Source: Atractiella rhizophila (Eukaryota). From it: a stretch of DNA of 64,000 bases. Within the stretch, counting starts at the first letter, position 1. Every line of letters starts with the position of its first letter. Below, one piece after another: positions 39,262 through 52,633 of this stretch. The stretch is taken from positions 1 through 64,000 of the forward strand of contig MU271201.1 in NCBI GenBank assembly GCA_021432655.1, read 5' to 3'. The notes beneath the pieces were generated by a model, which ran no database searches, was not told the origin of the DNA, and was given only the letters and a program-made list of their open reading frames with translations. The position numbers and the translations under genes are program-made.

Positions 39262-40991
39262 TTAATCGCCCGTGGCCATCGATCCGCAACCCTTGATGAA
39301 CTGACAATCTCTCACTTGCCAATTCTCCCTTCCCATCCTGCAAGCCAGTAATAAACAAATATCAGCGAACCAAGAAATCACGATGACTGTGAGAGGATAC
39401 GGGAGAGAAGGACGCACTCTTCCATCCACACATGATGCATCAGGGCTTGTGAGATGATGGGACCTCCGGGGAAAGGGTGAGGATGGACTTTATCCTGGAA
39501 GCGTTGCCATCCCTCCCAAGCTATCCCATCACAACATCCATCAGGCTTGCTCCGAAAAGCGAGGGGGGACATCGAACCTTCGCCAAAATCGAAATACGGC
39601 ACTCCTTCCTCTCTCGCCACCTGCTTCGCGAGCGCTCTCAACTGTGCGATTCTCACATCAGTAAAGAAGTTAGAAAATCCTCCACCGTTCGCTACACACC
39701 GCATCAACAACAGTCCTCATAGTGTATCTCTCCATTCGCAGGAAGGGGAGATGGGGAAACGAACCCATGTCCACCCCCGCGCTCCAATCGAAGCTTGCCG
39801 CCCAATTGTCTCCCACCCGATGCAACCCCCTGACCCAAATCTTCGCTTCTGGAAAAGCCGCCTTCAGCGCTCGAATCGAGGACCGGAAGCGGGTGGACCA
39901 CCATCGTGTGCGTGCTTCGGTGAGAGGACGACGGAGGGAGAGGGAGAACTTCTTGTCGCGTCTTCCGACTGTCGACAATTTATATTATATTTGTGAATGT
40001 GAAAGTGAGGAGACTGAAGGACGTACAGAAGGCGAGGTCCCACATCCCGCTGTGTAAGCTGATAAAGGAAGGACTGGGACGTCCGTTTTCTTCCATTGAG
40101 CGAATCATCGGGACGTAGAGTTCGTGTAATCTCTCCTCAAACGAGCCGGGAGCGTGCCAATCTGCCGCATAGGAGAATTCACGGACATCATCCTGTCACA
40201 TCATCAACATCCTTTCCAGAGAATGGAGGCTTGAGGGGTTGGCGCAAGGAGGTACGGTGGTCGTAGTAAGGGATGAAGAGCGTACCATTCCATAAAAGAA
40301 TCCATTGACGACGCTCAACCCCAGCTTCTCCACTCTCACCTCATGTGGTACACTTCTATGATCCCATCCCTCCTTTGGTTGACTATTATAATCAGAATAA
40401 TCGAATCGTCTCGGAAACGCCTCCCCAACCTGTGGAGCGAAGAATTCCACGCTTTGTCTATCGACCGAATCGCCAAGGATGAGGATGGTTTTGTTCCTGA
40501 GGAAGTCGAGCGAGAGATCTTGTGAAGGTGGATAGACAGGAGGAGGGAAGTCGGTGTATCTCCCTGTGTGAGCGGCGTTCAGGGAACGAATGGAGAGGAG
40601 GTAGTCTGGAGAGGGAGGACAGAGGGGAGAGAAGGGGAGCCAGTTTGTGCGTAGCCTGTGCTCCACCGAAGGAGGATAAAACTGTACCGTCAAACATACA
40701 CAATATTCCTGTCATTCTCCACCACAAGTTTAAAGCAACGGGACGCACCAACATCCCCGGCTCGGTCCAGGGATCACAAACCACGCTCTCCCTCTCCCAG
40801 GAAGCATTGCCCGCTGCCTGCCTAGTGAACGGATCAGGTCGTGGTCTGGCCGCGTGAAGTGCGAAATCGGGCGGAGGCAGCGGTGGATAAGAGGGATAGG
40901 AGAGGAAGAGGATGAAGAGCCCGGCGGGGATGGCGAGGAGCGGGTAAAGGTGGGACTTTGGAGGGAACCTGCGAGTTGGAACCGAAGGCAT
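39262..40991 (-). CDS. SGNH/PC-esterase-like type II membrane protein (Cap64/Cas3-like), multi-exon
   Basis: N-terminal TM, CDPWTEPG, ILILGDSVDR (GDS motif) and C-terminal DKVHP (DxxH). Confidence 0.75.
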
Positions 40992-42163
40992 TGTGGAGCT
41001 TGGAAACGAGACTTGTTGGCAACCCAATGGCTTACATTGATACTGGAGGAAAAAGCACACCGTCTATAATGTTAAGTGTCTGCAGATTTTGAGCAGATCC
41101 ACCTCCTTGATGCAACTCTTTCTCCCAGACGTTGCCTAACCACTGTTTAAACTGGTCTAATGGAGTGACTGCAGGTACGTAATCCAGCTACTTGAGATTC
41201 ACAGTCCAAGCGGATATCCAAGAAGAAGTATAACCTCTCGCAGGAGGTAAGAGTCGCAGAGGAGGCGAGGGAGAGCTGGTGGTATTGTCGATGGAGCAAA
41301 TGGAAGACTTGTGGACTTGTCCTTCCCTGGTTACCGAACTTTCGGCATTGCGAGGAATACAATATGCTTAATTGATCCCTCAAAGTGACAAAGAGTGGAA
41401 TCCACATACCTTGTAATGGGTTTGGGCAGTGAGTGTAGATAGAGCTGGACACAGATGAGGAGAGCTACGTGTGGGTTGACTTTTTTATTACTAGTGGGTT
41501 GGTCGACTTCCGGTCCTCAGTCAGCTTTATATTGTGGCATTGTCCACATCCAAGGCACATCTGTGCTGAAATATCTAATGCAATATTACAGCTCGGGTAG
41601 GCAAGGGTCTACCTCCTCGGATGTATGCCGTGATTGGTTTTCATACTCATGTTATTCGGGTGTCACCCAATGTGCTAGAAGACGGTCATGCCGGAAGACG
41701 TTCATCCCGGAAGACGTTCAGTCATCCATCATTCAGGCTTGGGATCTGCTGGATGCCAGTAAATTTTATCGTATTGAATGCAGAAAGACAGTCAAATACA
41801 CGTTCAGCTTGCTTCAATAGAAATGTGAGAGAGCCTGCATAAAATTTAATGCCAAAATACAAATACTCTTGATGATAATTACCACTCCGTATTTAGGCAG
41901 CTTCAGGCAGACTGAATCAAAGACATATTGACAAAGATCATCGCAATCATGGGCAATTGTGGGCAATCAAATAACTCTAGTGTTACAAGGTGGACAGCAT
42001 TCAAAGGAGAAGGAGCACAAACAACAAACTGAACCCAAACTTTCGAGGAAAAATACAGACACCAGACTTCCGAGTCCAATAAAAATGAAGGAAAGCACAA
42101 AAATACATAATGGTCACACTCAAGGGATGTTCTGAAGAAAGGAGAAGAAAGGCTGCAAATTGA

Positions 42164-43352
42164 TTAACCATAAAAGTTATGTTGAGCCATGCGCTCCCAC
42201 CTCTCCTGGCGCTCTCGCTCACTCTGAGCCGCTTCAGCAGCCGCCTTAGCATCCTCCTCCGCCTTATACGCCGCTCTCAAAGTCATCAAAGCCTCAGCCA
42301 GGTTGTACCCAGTGAACTTCCCCAAAGTCTTCCAATTTCCGACCACAATTCTTCTATCTCCCGACAAGAGAAGTAGCTTCTTCAGATCCGGATCCTTCTC
42401 AAATTTAGCCCGCAATATGAGTTCCAAATTCCGACGTCCGTTCGCATTCCACGCATCACTTGCTGATTTATAGGTGGCCCCGTTGTGCTCGAACCCCTTC
42501 TTCATCTTGTAGTCTAGACTCAACGGTGCCCAGCACGCTTGCTTATCCACGTAAGCCGTGAGCTGCCAAGACCTCTCGATTGGTTTCTCGATGTTCGATT
42601 CAGCGTTGAAGAAGAAGTCCTTCTTGTGTCCTACGGGAGAAGTTGGACGAAGGGGATACGGCTCGAGAGGGATCAAAGGTTGTCGCTGTTGAAGTTGATC
42701 GAGACCTTGTTGGAGCACAGTTGGTTCCTCCTCTTCCACGGCGACCTCTCGGACTCTCATCCCATTCCTCCATTGGTCGAGCTCTTCGCGCAGCGCTTTA
42801 CGTTCCCGAGACTCTCGAATAATCCTCCTCTGCTCCTCTTCGTTCTCCTTTCGATAGTCCCAGTCGTCCGCCAAGGCAGCGGTGACGCGAGCATGATCCC
42901 AATCATTTGTCCGCGTACGCTTCCTCCTCACACGAGGAGTAAGATCCTCTGGATGAACTCGATCCCAAGGCTGATGAGGCTCGTGGAAATGGGGACGACA
43001 ATGGTAAGGATCATAACAATGGTGACCGTGGAGATACAGGTGGGGATAAACAAAATGCGGTTGAGGGTAAAAATAAGGGTTTTGGGGAACAGGATAGGCT
43101 TGCGCTGACCGTCTCCTCTTCGGAGGACGGTAGTAGGGACATTGGCCGGCTGAGTCGTTAGAACTATAATCGGTAGAAGCCTGGGAAAAAGCCGTGGACT
43201 CCGGGTAATGGTTCCGGGCATCATGTTGCAGCCTGTCACCGTGATGAGGGCAGAAGCGAGTTGTACCACTGTAGGAGGCGTCGCATTCGTGGCAATCTGA
43301 AGAAGTCATCAGTGCATCAAATATACAGCACACGTTCATTCTTACAAGGCAT
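42164..43352 (-). CDS. Zinc-ribbon + disordered region + degenerate NADAR (YbiA-like) domain protein
   Basis: A 7-nt first exon plus a 49-nt intron (43345-43297) gives MPYCHECDASYSGTTRFCPHHG. C-terminal ILRAKFEKDPDLKKLLLLSGDRRIV...NLAEALMTLR resembles the NADAR core. Confidence 0.7.
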
Positions 43353-44241
43353 AATAGTTGGCAGTCTACTAAATTTTTGCAGAGTTCAAAAAATATCAAA
43401 GGGAGGGGAAGAAGGGAAAAATCGAGTTGGCGCTTAAAATTAGTGAGCTCAAAGTCCTTGACTCCTTGAATGGGTCAAAACAGACGCTCACGCCTAGCAA
43501 CGGGTTGATAAGAAGACAAAGACTGCTGAGTTTGAAAGGGACAGACAACAAAGAAATGCGGACCTAACAAGAGGATGGAACAAATGTTGGCCCTTTTATC
43601 TCAGTAATCAAATCATCGTGACGTTAGAGGTCAATGATACGGCTCATGATTGTGGATAGAATTCGAAGAAAAGCAGAGACGCATGAGACAAAGTACGCGA
43701 AACGGTGTTTGGGCCGCACAGACCTCTCTCTCACTCGTATCCTGCAATGAAGTCATCGTTTAGCTTGCGATTTCATTCGCAGCAGACCAACAATGCAGGA
43801 AACCGTGCTCATATTGGTGCCAAAGTCAATGGATGAGGTTAATGTCATAGCCTTCCTTGAACTTTATTAAATTTACGCGGAAGTTCCGCAAGAAGAGAAC
43901 ACTTGAATGCGTCAACAAACACGTAGCAGACGTTTCTGGATTTGTGACGATGGAGAAATAACCATTTCTTTAACAGAAACAGGAAGTGACGTCAGGGCAG
44001 GCAGGGGCGAATGGTGGCGATGGCCCAAAAAAATTCAAGTGTCCTTCTGGAGGAGACTGTATTTGAGAATCAGCTCAGCGAAGCTAGTAAATTTACAACA
44101 GTTCCAGACGGCTGCTAGTATTTCGGAGGCTAGAACCAACCGAACTAACAGTGAAACGCTTCCCACAACAACCACAACCACCATCAGGCCGTTATCGACT
44201 CAGGGGAAAGAGACAGAACGACACCTGCGCACAAGTTGAAT

Positions 44242-45348
44242 TTAGGAGCTATTTCTCTCCGGTTCTTTATTGATAGCTTTATTGATAGACGGTGTAACCT
44301 CTGCTTCAGGTTTGGCAGTCTCAGTTTTAGCCTTCTTCTTCTTCGGTTCCTCCGCCTCCAGCAGATCGTCCTTCCCAGCACCTGGGGCTGTAGAAGTCTT
44401 ATCCAGACTCTTCCTTTTTTTCTTCGTGACCACTGCACCCTTCAGAAAGTTCTTCTGAAAATTACCGGACTTCTTGGGAACATCTTTCTTCTCCTTCTTC
44501 TCTGAATCAATTTTCGGAGGTGCCGGCTGTGGCGCATCGACGGAGAGGGCGTCATCGGTTGTTTTGGCGGCAACTGCTCTATACCACGTTATTGAAGGCG
44601 AGATGGAAGCGCCACACTAACTTTCGGAAACTTGAGAGTTCGCTTTCGATCTCACGCTCACGCTCCAGATCCGCGGCTGTTTGTTCTTCGGTTATGGAGT
44701 CAAGGAAGCCAATTTCGTCTTCGTCCAATGCACGGAACTGATTCTCTGTAGCCTTCTGTCAGCATTCATTCAGATCAAACCGGGGTTGAAGCCGGTCAAG
44801 GGTTCCCTAGAAACACGACTATCTCGACGAGCTGGTGCTTGCTAGAATGTGCAGGCACCATGTAATATTGGAATATTATGGCAGATTGCATGTGCCACTT
44901 GCTGTGGCACTCCCCTTTCGCTCAGACGCAAACTAGACAGAACGTTCAAGCAGAATGGCAACAACAGAAGATTTCTCGCAGCTCCGTCCCAAGTCCACCT
45001 TAAGCTCACGATAGACTCACTGAACTTAATCATTTCCTCAAACTCCTCCTGCTTCTTATCCTTATTCGACTTCAAACGTTCAAACAGACTTCTAGGATCA
45101 TAGTCTTCTTGCTCAGTCATTGGAGGAGGTTCCTCAAAACGGATTTACAATTCAGCATATCTAGGTAGGTGATAATGTGGTCATACCTGGCCCATACGCT
45201 TGTAAGTCTCTTCCCATTCTGCTTTCCTTCGTTCCTGCGCTGCTTTCACATCCGTCTCGGTAACGAACCGCGAAGCCACTTTTGAAGAGCTCGCTGCCGT
45301 TATCACCGCGCGGGGAGGCGAGGGAGGATCCGTGTTGTACGATTCCAT
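44242..45348 (-). CDS. FAM192A/NIP30 (PSME3IP1)-family nuclear protein
   Basis: SRFVTE, EDYDPRSLFERLKSNKDKKQEEFEE and FKNQFRALDEDEIGFLD after splicing, with a Lys-rich tail. Confidence 0.85.
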
Positions 45349-45595
45349 GCTGTCTTGTCCAGCTGGCTGCAATTAGGAATAAAAGGTCCAGATCAATGAA
45401 ATGTGCTATCACTACCCGGCCTGTAATCTTGTACTAGAGAAATTACAACACAGGATGTCTACTTTGTAAGTACTCCAGCCGTATGCTTCGCTTCTCCTCA
45501 TACACGCTGCTTCACTCTTCATTGTGCTGAGTTCTAAATATTTAAGCCGTCTAAATTTTAGCTATACTTGAAGTGTAAAACATCGTGTTTTCTAA

Positions 45596-48500
45596 TTATA
45601 CCTCTCCAGCTTCATGTGCCAGAGCCCAAAACTTGCTCGTTGGATCCTTTAGCAAGTCTTGTGGGCAGCCAAACTCTGCCACTTCTCCAGCTGAAAGGAC
45701 CAAGACCTACATCACGTGTAAGCATGGTCACACACATGAGCAGTAAATGAACAGACGTGGTCATAATCGATGATTGTTTTAATTCGGTGTGCAACTGTGA
45801 TGACAGTTTGTCCGGCAAATCCCTCTCGGATTGCCTTTTGTATCAAGGCATCAGTGACTGTATCCATGTTCGATGTTGCCTGTTTTGATTGTGAAGTTTG
45901 ATATGTGGATAACGTCAGAGAACCTACCTCGTCGAGAACAAGCACTTTAACCTTGGAGAGGAGAGCTCGGGCCAAAGTTATTTGCTGCAGTTGGCCCTAC
46001 AAGAACAGTCAACACGAAAGGGAGATGCAAGCAAAAACCAACCGCGCTAAAATTTCTTCCTGCTACCTGCATTGGCTCATCGAGCTTTCCGGGTAGGGCC
46101 GAGACGTAGTCTTTGAGACCAACGAACTCTAACGCCCTCCACAGTTCTGCATCCTCGTATTGCTTCAGCGGACATAGGTTCTGTGCTCAAGTCAATCAAA
46201 AGATGAGTTGATGATGAGGGATGCGCCGCACCGATCTCAAAGTCCCCCCAAATAGCGAAGGAGTCTGAGGGATAATACCAAGCGAACTCCGTACGCGCGT
46301 TAGGCCAAGAGTACTAATGTCAACACCATCGAGGAAGATTTGGCCTTCGGCAGCTTCCAACAAACTGGTGATAGTTAATACCAGCTCTCAGACAGGTAAG
46401 AGGATGTACCGGAAGAGCGCCAGGGTCATTGACGACTTTCCAGAACCACTACGGCCTACAATGGCAATTCGCTTCCCACCTTCAAACTTGAGGGTAAGAT
46501 TCTTGAGGCAGAAAGGAAGGTTTGGCCTATATCTCGTCGAATAACCCTTGAACTCAAACGTCCCTGTGCGCTCAAGCTCAACGCGGGACGAGTACAGGAC
46601 CTAAACGATACATACCAGCAACTGGCCACTGAGCAGGCAATTTTTCATCTGCTGGAGTATGCTCTGCAGCTTCTGAAGGAAGATTCCGATATTCCAGCTG
46701 GCAAGACCTTTGAACAGACTGACAATTCGAGGCAATAAGAACTCACGGCACGCTCGAGGTGGACGGCTCCAGTTTCCAACTGGTTGAAGACATGGGCGGC
46801 ACTTGCGAGGATTTGGGACAAAGTTACTAAACTTGAGATCGCAATCCCTATTTAGGGAACGTCTTCAGTACCGCCCAAGTGAAAGAGATGGAATTGTACC
46901 AGCAACGCCAGGCGATAATGTGCTTTTCAGAGCAATGACGAAGACGGCACCTAATCACAGGGTGAGGTGAGCAGGGATTTGCTATGTCGGGATTTGACTC
47001 GCCCAGAAAGACAATGAGACCGCTCAGGCTATCCACACGGAACATGAGGTACTCTTGAGCAACAAGTTCCCAATATTTAGCCTTTTGGTTTCGGTCTATC
47101 CTAGAAAATAGCTCATCGATATACCGGGCCTTAGCGCCGTAAGCAGTAACGCTGTTAATACCAACGAAGGTTTCAGTCGCTAGTGCATACAGAGGCGCCC
47201 GGGTGCGACCCTACAGAGCAGTAATCAGCAGCTTGATGGCACCATTAGCAAAGATATACCGAGTCCAAACGACGAATTGAGCGAGAGCTCGCTTGAGCAT
47301 ATGCGGTGAACCCAACAAATATGGGAACCAAGACAGGTAGCGTTGCCTGCGATGGGTGATGAGTTTCAGAACAACCAATGTGAATCGTAACAGACGTACC
47401 AGGATTAAGCCGTGTGTAGAGATCGCTGCACGTAATCATTTTAGCGTGAACTGCAATAGCGCAGAAAACACAAACCGGCCGTTATGATTGTAACCTAACA
47501 ATTCCGTCAGTAGTGGTCATGACGGTGGGTATTGGTTTACAAAGGTGGAGGAAACTAAACTCAACATTCCCAATATCGCCATGCTAAACCTGAACGATCT
47601 GTCAAATTGGCTTTCTGGAAGGCAAGATAATAGACTTGCTCGTTATCAATCTGTCGCTGATCGCCTAGAGAAAACAGTCAGGAACACGTCTGTATCGTTT
47701 GGTATAACGCACTAGACAGGCGAGTCGTTATGCGTCCGCTTGGCGTTGTATCAAAGAACATGGGTGTGGCACGGAACACTGACCAACAGTCAAATGGGAG
47801 CGAGAAAGGGAAATGAAGGTACCTTTGGGTAGAATACTGTTGAATATGTTCCTTGATGCCTTAACGGACATTATACCTTTTGAGGCGTAGAACCCCTGCG
47901 CCGGGTTGTCACAATGGTTACGAATGAGAGGACGAAGGCACATACCATAGGAGCGAAGGCGACCGAAGCGACTACGATAAGCCCATATATCCCCAGATAG
48001 AACGCGACAGAATGTTTCTTTTGATCGGCTTCATTGAGGAAGTGCGTAAGCCAGAATTGAGCCCCATAAACTAGACCACGAGCGAGTACAAAACAGGCTA
48101 CTACGCCAAAAAAGGTCGACAGTCCTCTAAAGCGGTGTGAGAAAGATGGAACATGGGGTAATAGAAAGCTCACCCAGCTTTGAAGTATTGAATGTAGGTT
48201 CTGAAGGTGACTCTTCCTTTAATCATTTCCTCATCTGCACGGGGACGTCATCTCGCACCTTCGCGAAGGATTGCCGCTCACCTTCCGTCAGGTTCTTCCC
48301 TTCGTCGGTAACTTGAATTTTCTTGCCACCTTCGACTGCAGTCTGCACGTCTTCTTCCATCCCCTCTGCCTGTTCTTCAGAGGCCAGATTGTGTGCCACC
48401 AGCTCTTGGTACTCCTTGATGTTCATTAGCTCTGTGTGTGATCCAATACCACGAATTTTCCCCTCTTCCAACAACATAAGGCGATCGAGCTTGCCAAAAT

Positions 48501-51500
48501 GGTGAGCGGCATGCGTGACGAGGACTCTCGTAAGCTTTCTCGCTGCTAGCAGCCCTTTGGGACCAATCACCTGGGATGTATTGTCACAAGGGGAATATTC
48601 AGTAGATGAGACTCCGAACATTGTCAAAAAGCTTCCGATCAGTTTCAGCATCTGCACCCGTATTGTCAGTATACCTCTAACAGGAAGAGATTTCCCGTAC
48701 CGACTGCCGATAACACGTCGTCTAGTATAACACATTGGACGGCACCAGATAGTGCAGCATAACAGGCACGAGCAAGGGCTGACGAGCATGGTTAATAACA
48801 ACGCGCAAAATTCAGATTCGGCAAAGACAGACCTAGTCGCTATCCACGGCGCAAATCAGAATCCGATCATCCTGAACGTGGTGCGAGCGAAAAATACTTA
48901 CAGCCTTTTGTCCCCCTGAGAGATTCAGACCTTTCTCTCCGACTTCTGCTTTCAAGCCACCGGGGACTGTCTCACATTGTAAATCAATAGTCATGGGATG
49001 GCAAAGGGGAGACTTACTTATGTTCAAGTCGACATCTAAACAACAAGCTCGAATAACAATATTGACACGATCGCCATCCAGAGGAAGACCCCAGGTGATG
49101 TTTTCTTGAATCGAAGCACTAATCAAGAAAGGACCTAGTCTACTGTCAGCCCACCTGTGACATCGACTCGGAAAGGTGCGAACTCTGTGGACAAAAGGCG
49201 ATAGGAACGTCTGAGATAAAGAAGCTTCCTTCTATAAAGTGCATCTGACCCAGCAATGCTGCGACAAATGAAGATTTTCCTGTGCCAGACCGTTTATTGT
49301 CTCCCAAACTCAAAACGGTGAATGGACAGACCCGACGCAATCCGCCCAACAATTCCAAGCAGCTCTCCTTCCCTCAATCGCAACGACACGTCTTTCAACT
49401 TGAAATCTGATTCCTCTGCGTCCTTCTTCCATGCGACGGTTGCGTTTTCGATCCACGGCAGCCGCGGCTCTACCCCCGTCAGTGATGACCCAGGCTTCTC
49501 CTTCTCTTTCTCTTCTAGCAGCACCTCAACTTTAGTTGCATCATCCATCTCACTTGCTGACTCTCTGGCAGTTGAGGCGGCAGTCGACACATTATCCAGC
49601 TCCTGCGCTTCGAGGTAAGCAGCGACGCGGTTCCTGATGTGATGATGTTTGACAACCACTGTGAGTTGCAGTCAGTTGGGTTCCCAGACAGAAACACAAA
49701 GAAGAACGTTGAGGATGAATGTCAATTGGTCTATTATCAAGTGAGAACGCAGCTAAGAAATAAGTTTGGAAAGAAAGCGTACCAAAATTCAACTGCACAA
49801 GAGCAATGGCTGTGAGAGAAACAAAGATTTTGTTTGCGTCAAAGTTCCCATTCGTAGCCGCATACACTGCGAACATGATGATGGGTGTTCCATTTCGGCC
49901 CTGGGTATGGTATTCAGCACAATATTTACTGAATAAGGTTGGGATCCATGTGAACTCACGAGTTGAGAAGCGAATACGGCCCTGGCGAACATCATCGCAA
50001 CCTTCTTGAATCCGTTCAGCTCAATTGTTCGAGCTGCTTGTATGCGCTCCATCATCGGCCGTTCCCAGGCTACACAACATACCCAATGAAAGAAGGCGGA
50101 GAAGAGAGCAAAGATGCTTACCGTTGAACTTGATGAATTGGATTTCAGAAACCGATTCCTGGATGATCGTGTTCCTCGTATCCAATCCTTCCAAACTCAT
50201 CTTGAAGCCAGCAGCCATCTCCTTGCCTTGGAAAGGAGTGATTCCAAACATAATGATAAGCACTGGGAATGCCCACATTAAATTGGGTAGATTTGGTAGT
50301 TAGAAAGACGCACTCCAAGCTAGGCCTGGAAAGACAGCCCAGGACAATTGCTATTCAAAACTCAGTCATCACGTTCTCCAATTGGAGAACCACGAACTTG
50401 GTATACAAGAAAGACGCCAAGTGCCAGTTGCGGAATCAGACCGAGCAGCAGCGGTGCATTGTGAGCCCAGTCTACAATGTTGTTAACCAAGGGTGCGAAA
50501 GGGAACAGAAGGACGAACCATCACAGAATCTCTCGGCATCGACCGAGATGTGATTCGACAAATCCCCTGCGCTCCTCTTACCCCACTCTTCAGGAGCGAG
50601 TACGAAAGCTTTCCTGAAAACAGCTTGCATGACGCCAGCTCTCATGCGCAACAAGCTGGGGAGCATGAAGTAATAAGATGCCTGAGTGAGAGCCGTCATG
50701 ACCACAGTGATACCGAAGAACCCGAGAGCAAGCTCCCATCCTCGAGAAGCCGGAGGGGGATTTGGGGTTGCGGACTGAGCGAGGAAAGTGAGGAGACCAT
50801 CGAGGAGGGCAGGTGTGGCGTAGATAGAAAGTTGGGCGAGAATTCCGAGCATGACTGGCGCAAAAAGGGGTGGAAAGTATTGCTTGATGATGAATGTCCA
50901 GAAACGCGGCCTACTTTTCACTCAGACGAGGAGATGATGTGTTGATGAGCAACTCACTTCACCCCCTTCCGTTTGGCTCTGGCTAACTCAAGCGCCCAGC
51001 CATTTTCCCATCCCTCAGAAATTCCTCGCGCTTGCAAATCAAATCGCAAAGACCAAATTGCGCTCTCATCCACATCTGCTTTCTTCCTATGCTGTCTGTA
51101 TGCGTAAGAGAATAACGGTTGAACAAATTGGGCCGAGACGATGGAAAGGAGGGAAGAAACTTCATCTGGAGGTATTCCACACTATAATCCAGCGTTCAGT
51201 GCGATCACATGTTCAGAAGAGAATTCACGGACTCGAGAGGCAGTTCGTTTGGACACTCTGGCTACTCCTTCTAAGAACGTGAGCAAAACTGTCGCTCCTA
51301 ACCCAATGGCACCAACAATGGCCAGCGGGCCTTCTTTCTCGGTGAAAGCCGTCCTCGTCCTAATTGCGAGCGCAAGCGTCTGCAAAATGCCGAAAGACTG
51401 AAGCAGGGGACTTGGTCTATAAGTCCTTCGATGGACGATAGCTGAGAGTATAGCAGCTCCAAGCGTTCCGACGGCCGCAATAGTATATCCCACTATCGTC

Positions 51501-52045
51501 GCCGCCTTCGCTTCTGCCTTGTGCGCCAGGGAAGCACTGGTTATAAGGGACGCAAAAGCAATGGCGGAGAGGGCTAGTTTGAGGAAGAGCATCGGCACGT
51601 TCCTGAGGCGAGAAGGTACAAATTCGGCCGCTTTTGAGGGAGACGAACTCTGCATGAAGCCGCCATAATTCACTTTGCCTTCCATAGACTCTTTTTCTCG
51701 CGATAACCATTTGCGACGAAGCTCCCAATCGGTTGCGCCAGAGAGGGATGGGAGAATGGTAAGTGTGCCGAGCAGGAGGACAATGGGAGGCAGGAGGAGC
51801 AAAACACTACAGGGACAATGTCAGAGCATGCTTACAGCAATTGATTAGACAACTCACAAACCCTCAAACATCTCAGTAAAATCAGTTGTCCTCTCCCCTG
51901 AGACAGGTCCGAACGCATCCTCTTTCCCGTCCTCATCCACACCAAACTGTTGCAAAAGCGGCTTAAACCATTCCTTATGATTGTCATAAAAGGCGCCAAA
52001 CCAGGATGCTGGCAGATCTGCAAGGGCGAATGGGCCGGCGACCAT
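45596..52045 (-). CDS. ABCC/MRP-type ABC transporter, many short introns
   Basis: NBD1: [36 protein letters not shown]2: [13 protein letters not shown]2: [32 protein letters not shown]. Ends [11 protein letters not shown]. Confidence 0.93.
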
Positions 52046-52633
52046 ATCTCTACCTAAGCGAACACGCCGTGCAACTCACAGCAAAATTTCAAAACGCCAG
52101 CAGCTCAGAGAACAGCGCGATGAGCATATTTATGGAGGAAGCGCCGAAATTTCATCACGGAGGAGCAGGAACTGAGTCACGTTTCCAGAGGCAGGTGGAC
52201 GCGTTCCGCGTGTCGTCTGAAGGCATCATCCCATACGCAGCGCAGACGTACGAGCTACTAGAGGAAACAGAGGCAAGTAAGCCGGTCAGGAGTGGCCTGT
52301 TTCTCGTGGTTTACTCTTGAATGACGACACTTTCAGTTCTTTCGGGACCGTGTTGTGATCCGCGTTTCTTTCGCTTTCAACCTGTCCCCGTCTCAAAAGC
52401 AAAGGATGCGAGTTGAAGACTATGATATGGAAAGGGATCAATTGGGGAAGCGCGTTAAAAATGACTAACGACAAGGTAGCTGATCGCTCCTGACAAATGG
52501 AGAAAACTTGGCTCTGTACCAGTCAATCGATTTCATTCGTTAATTCTCCTACATTAAATGTTCTACACCATTGACACTCTTTGCTTCAATTCATACATGG
52601 CTCTTTCAATTGTCCTTCGAAAGTGAATTTCAA

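Noticed and set aside
44760..44930. CTGAG and TTGATCTG motifs suggesting a TPP riboswitch
   Set aside because: Motif order and spacing do not fit the aptamer, and the host gene is unrelated to thiamine.
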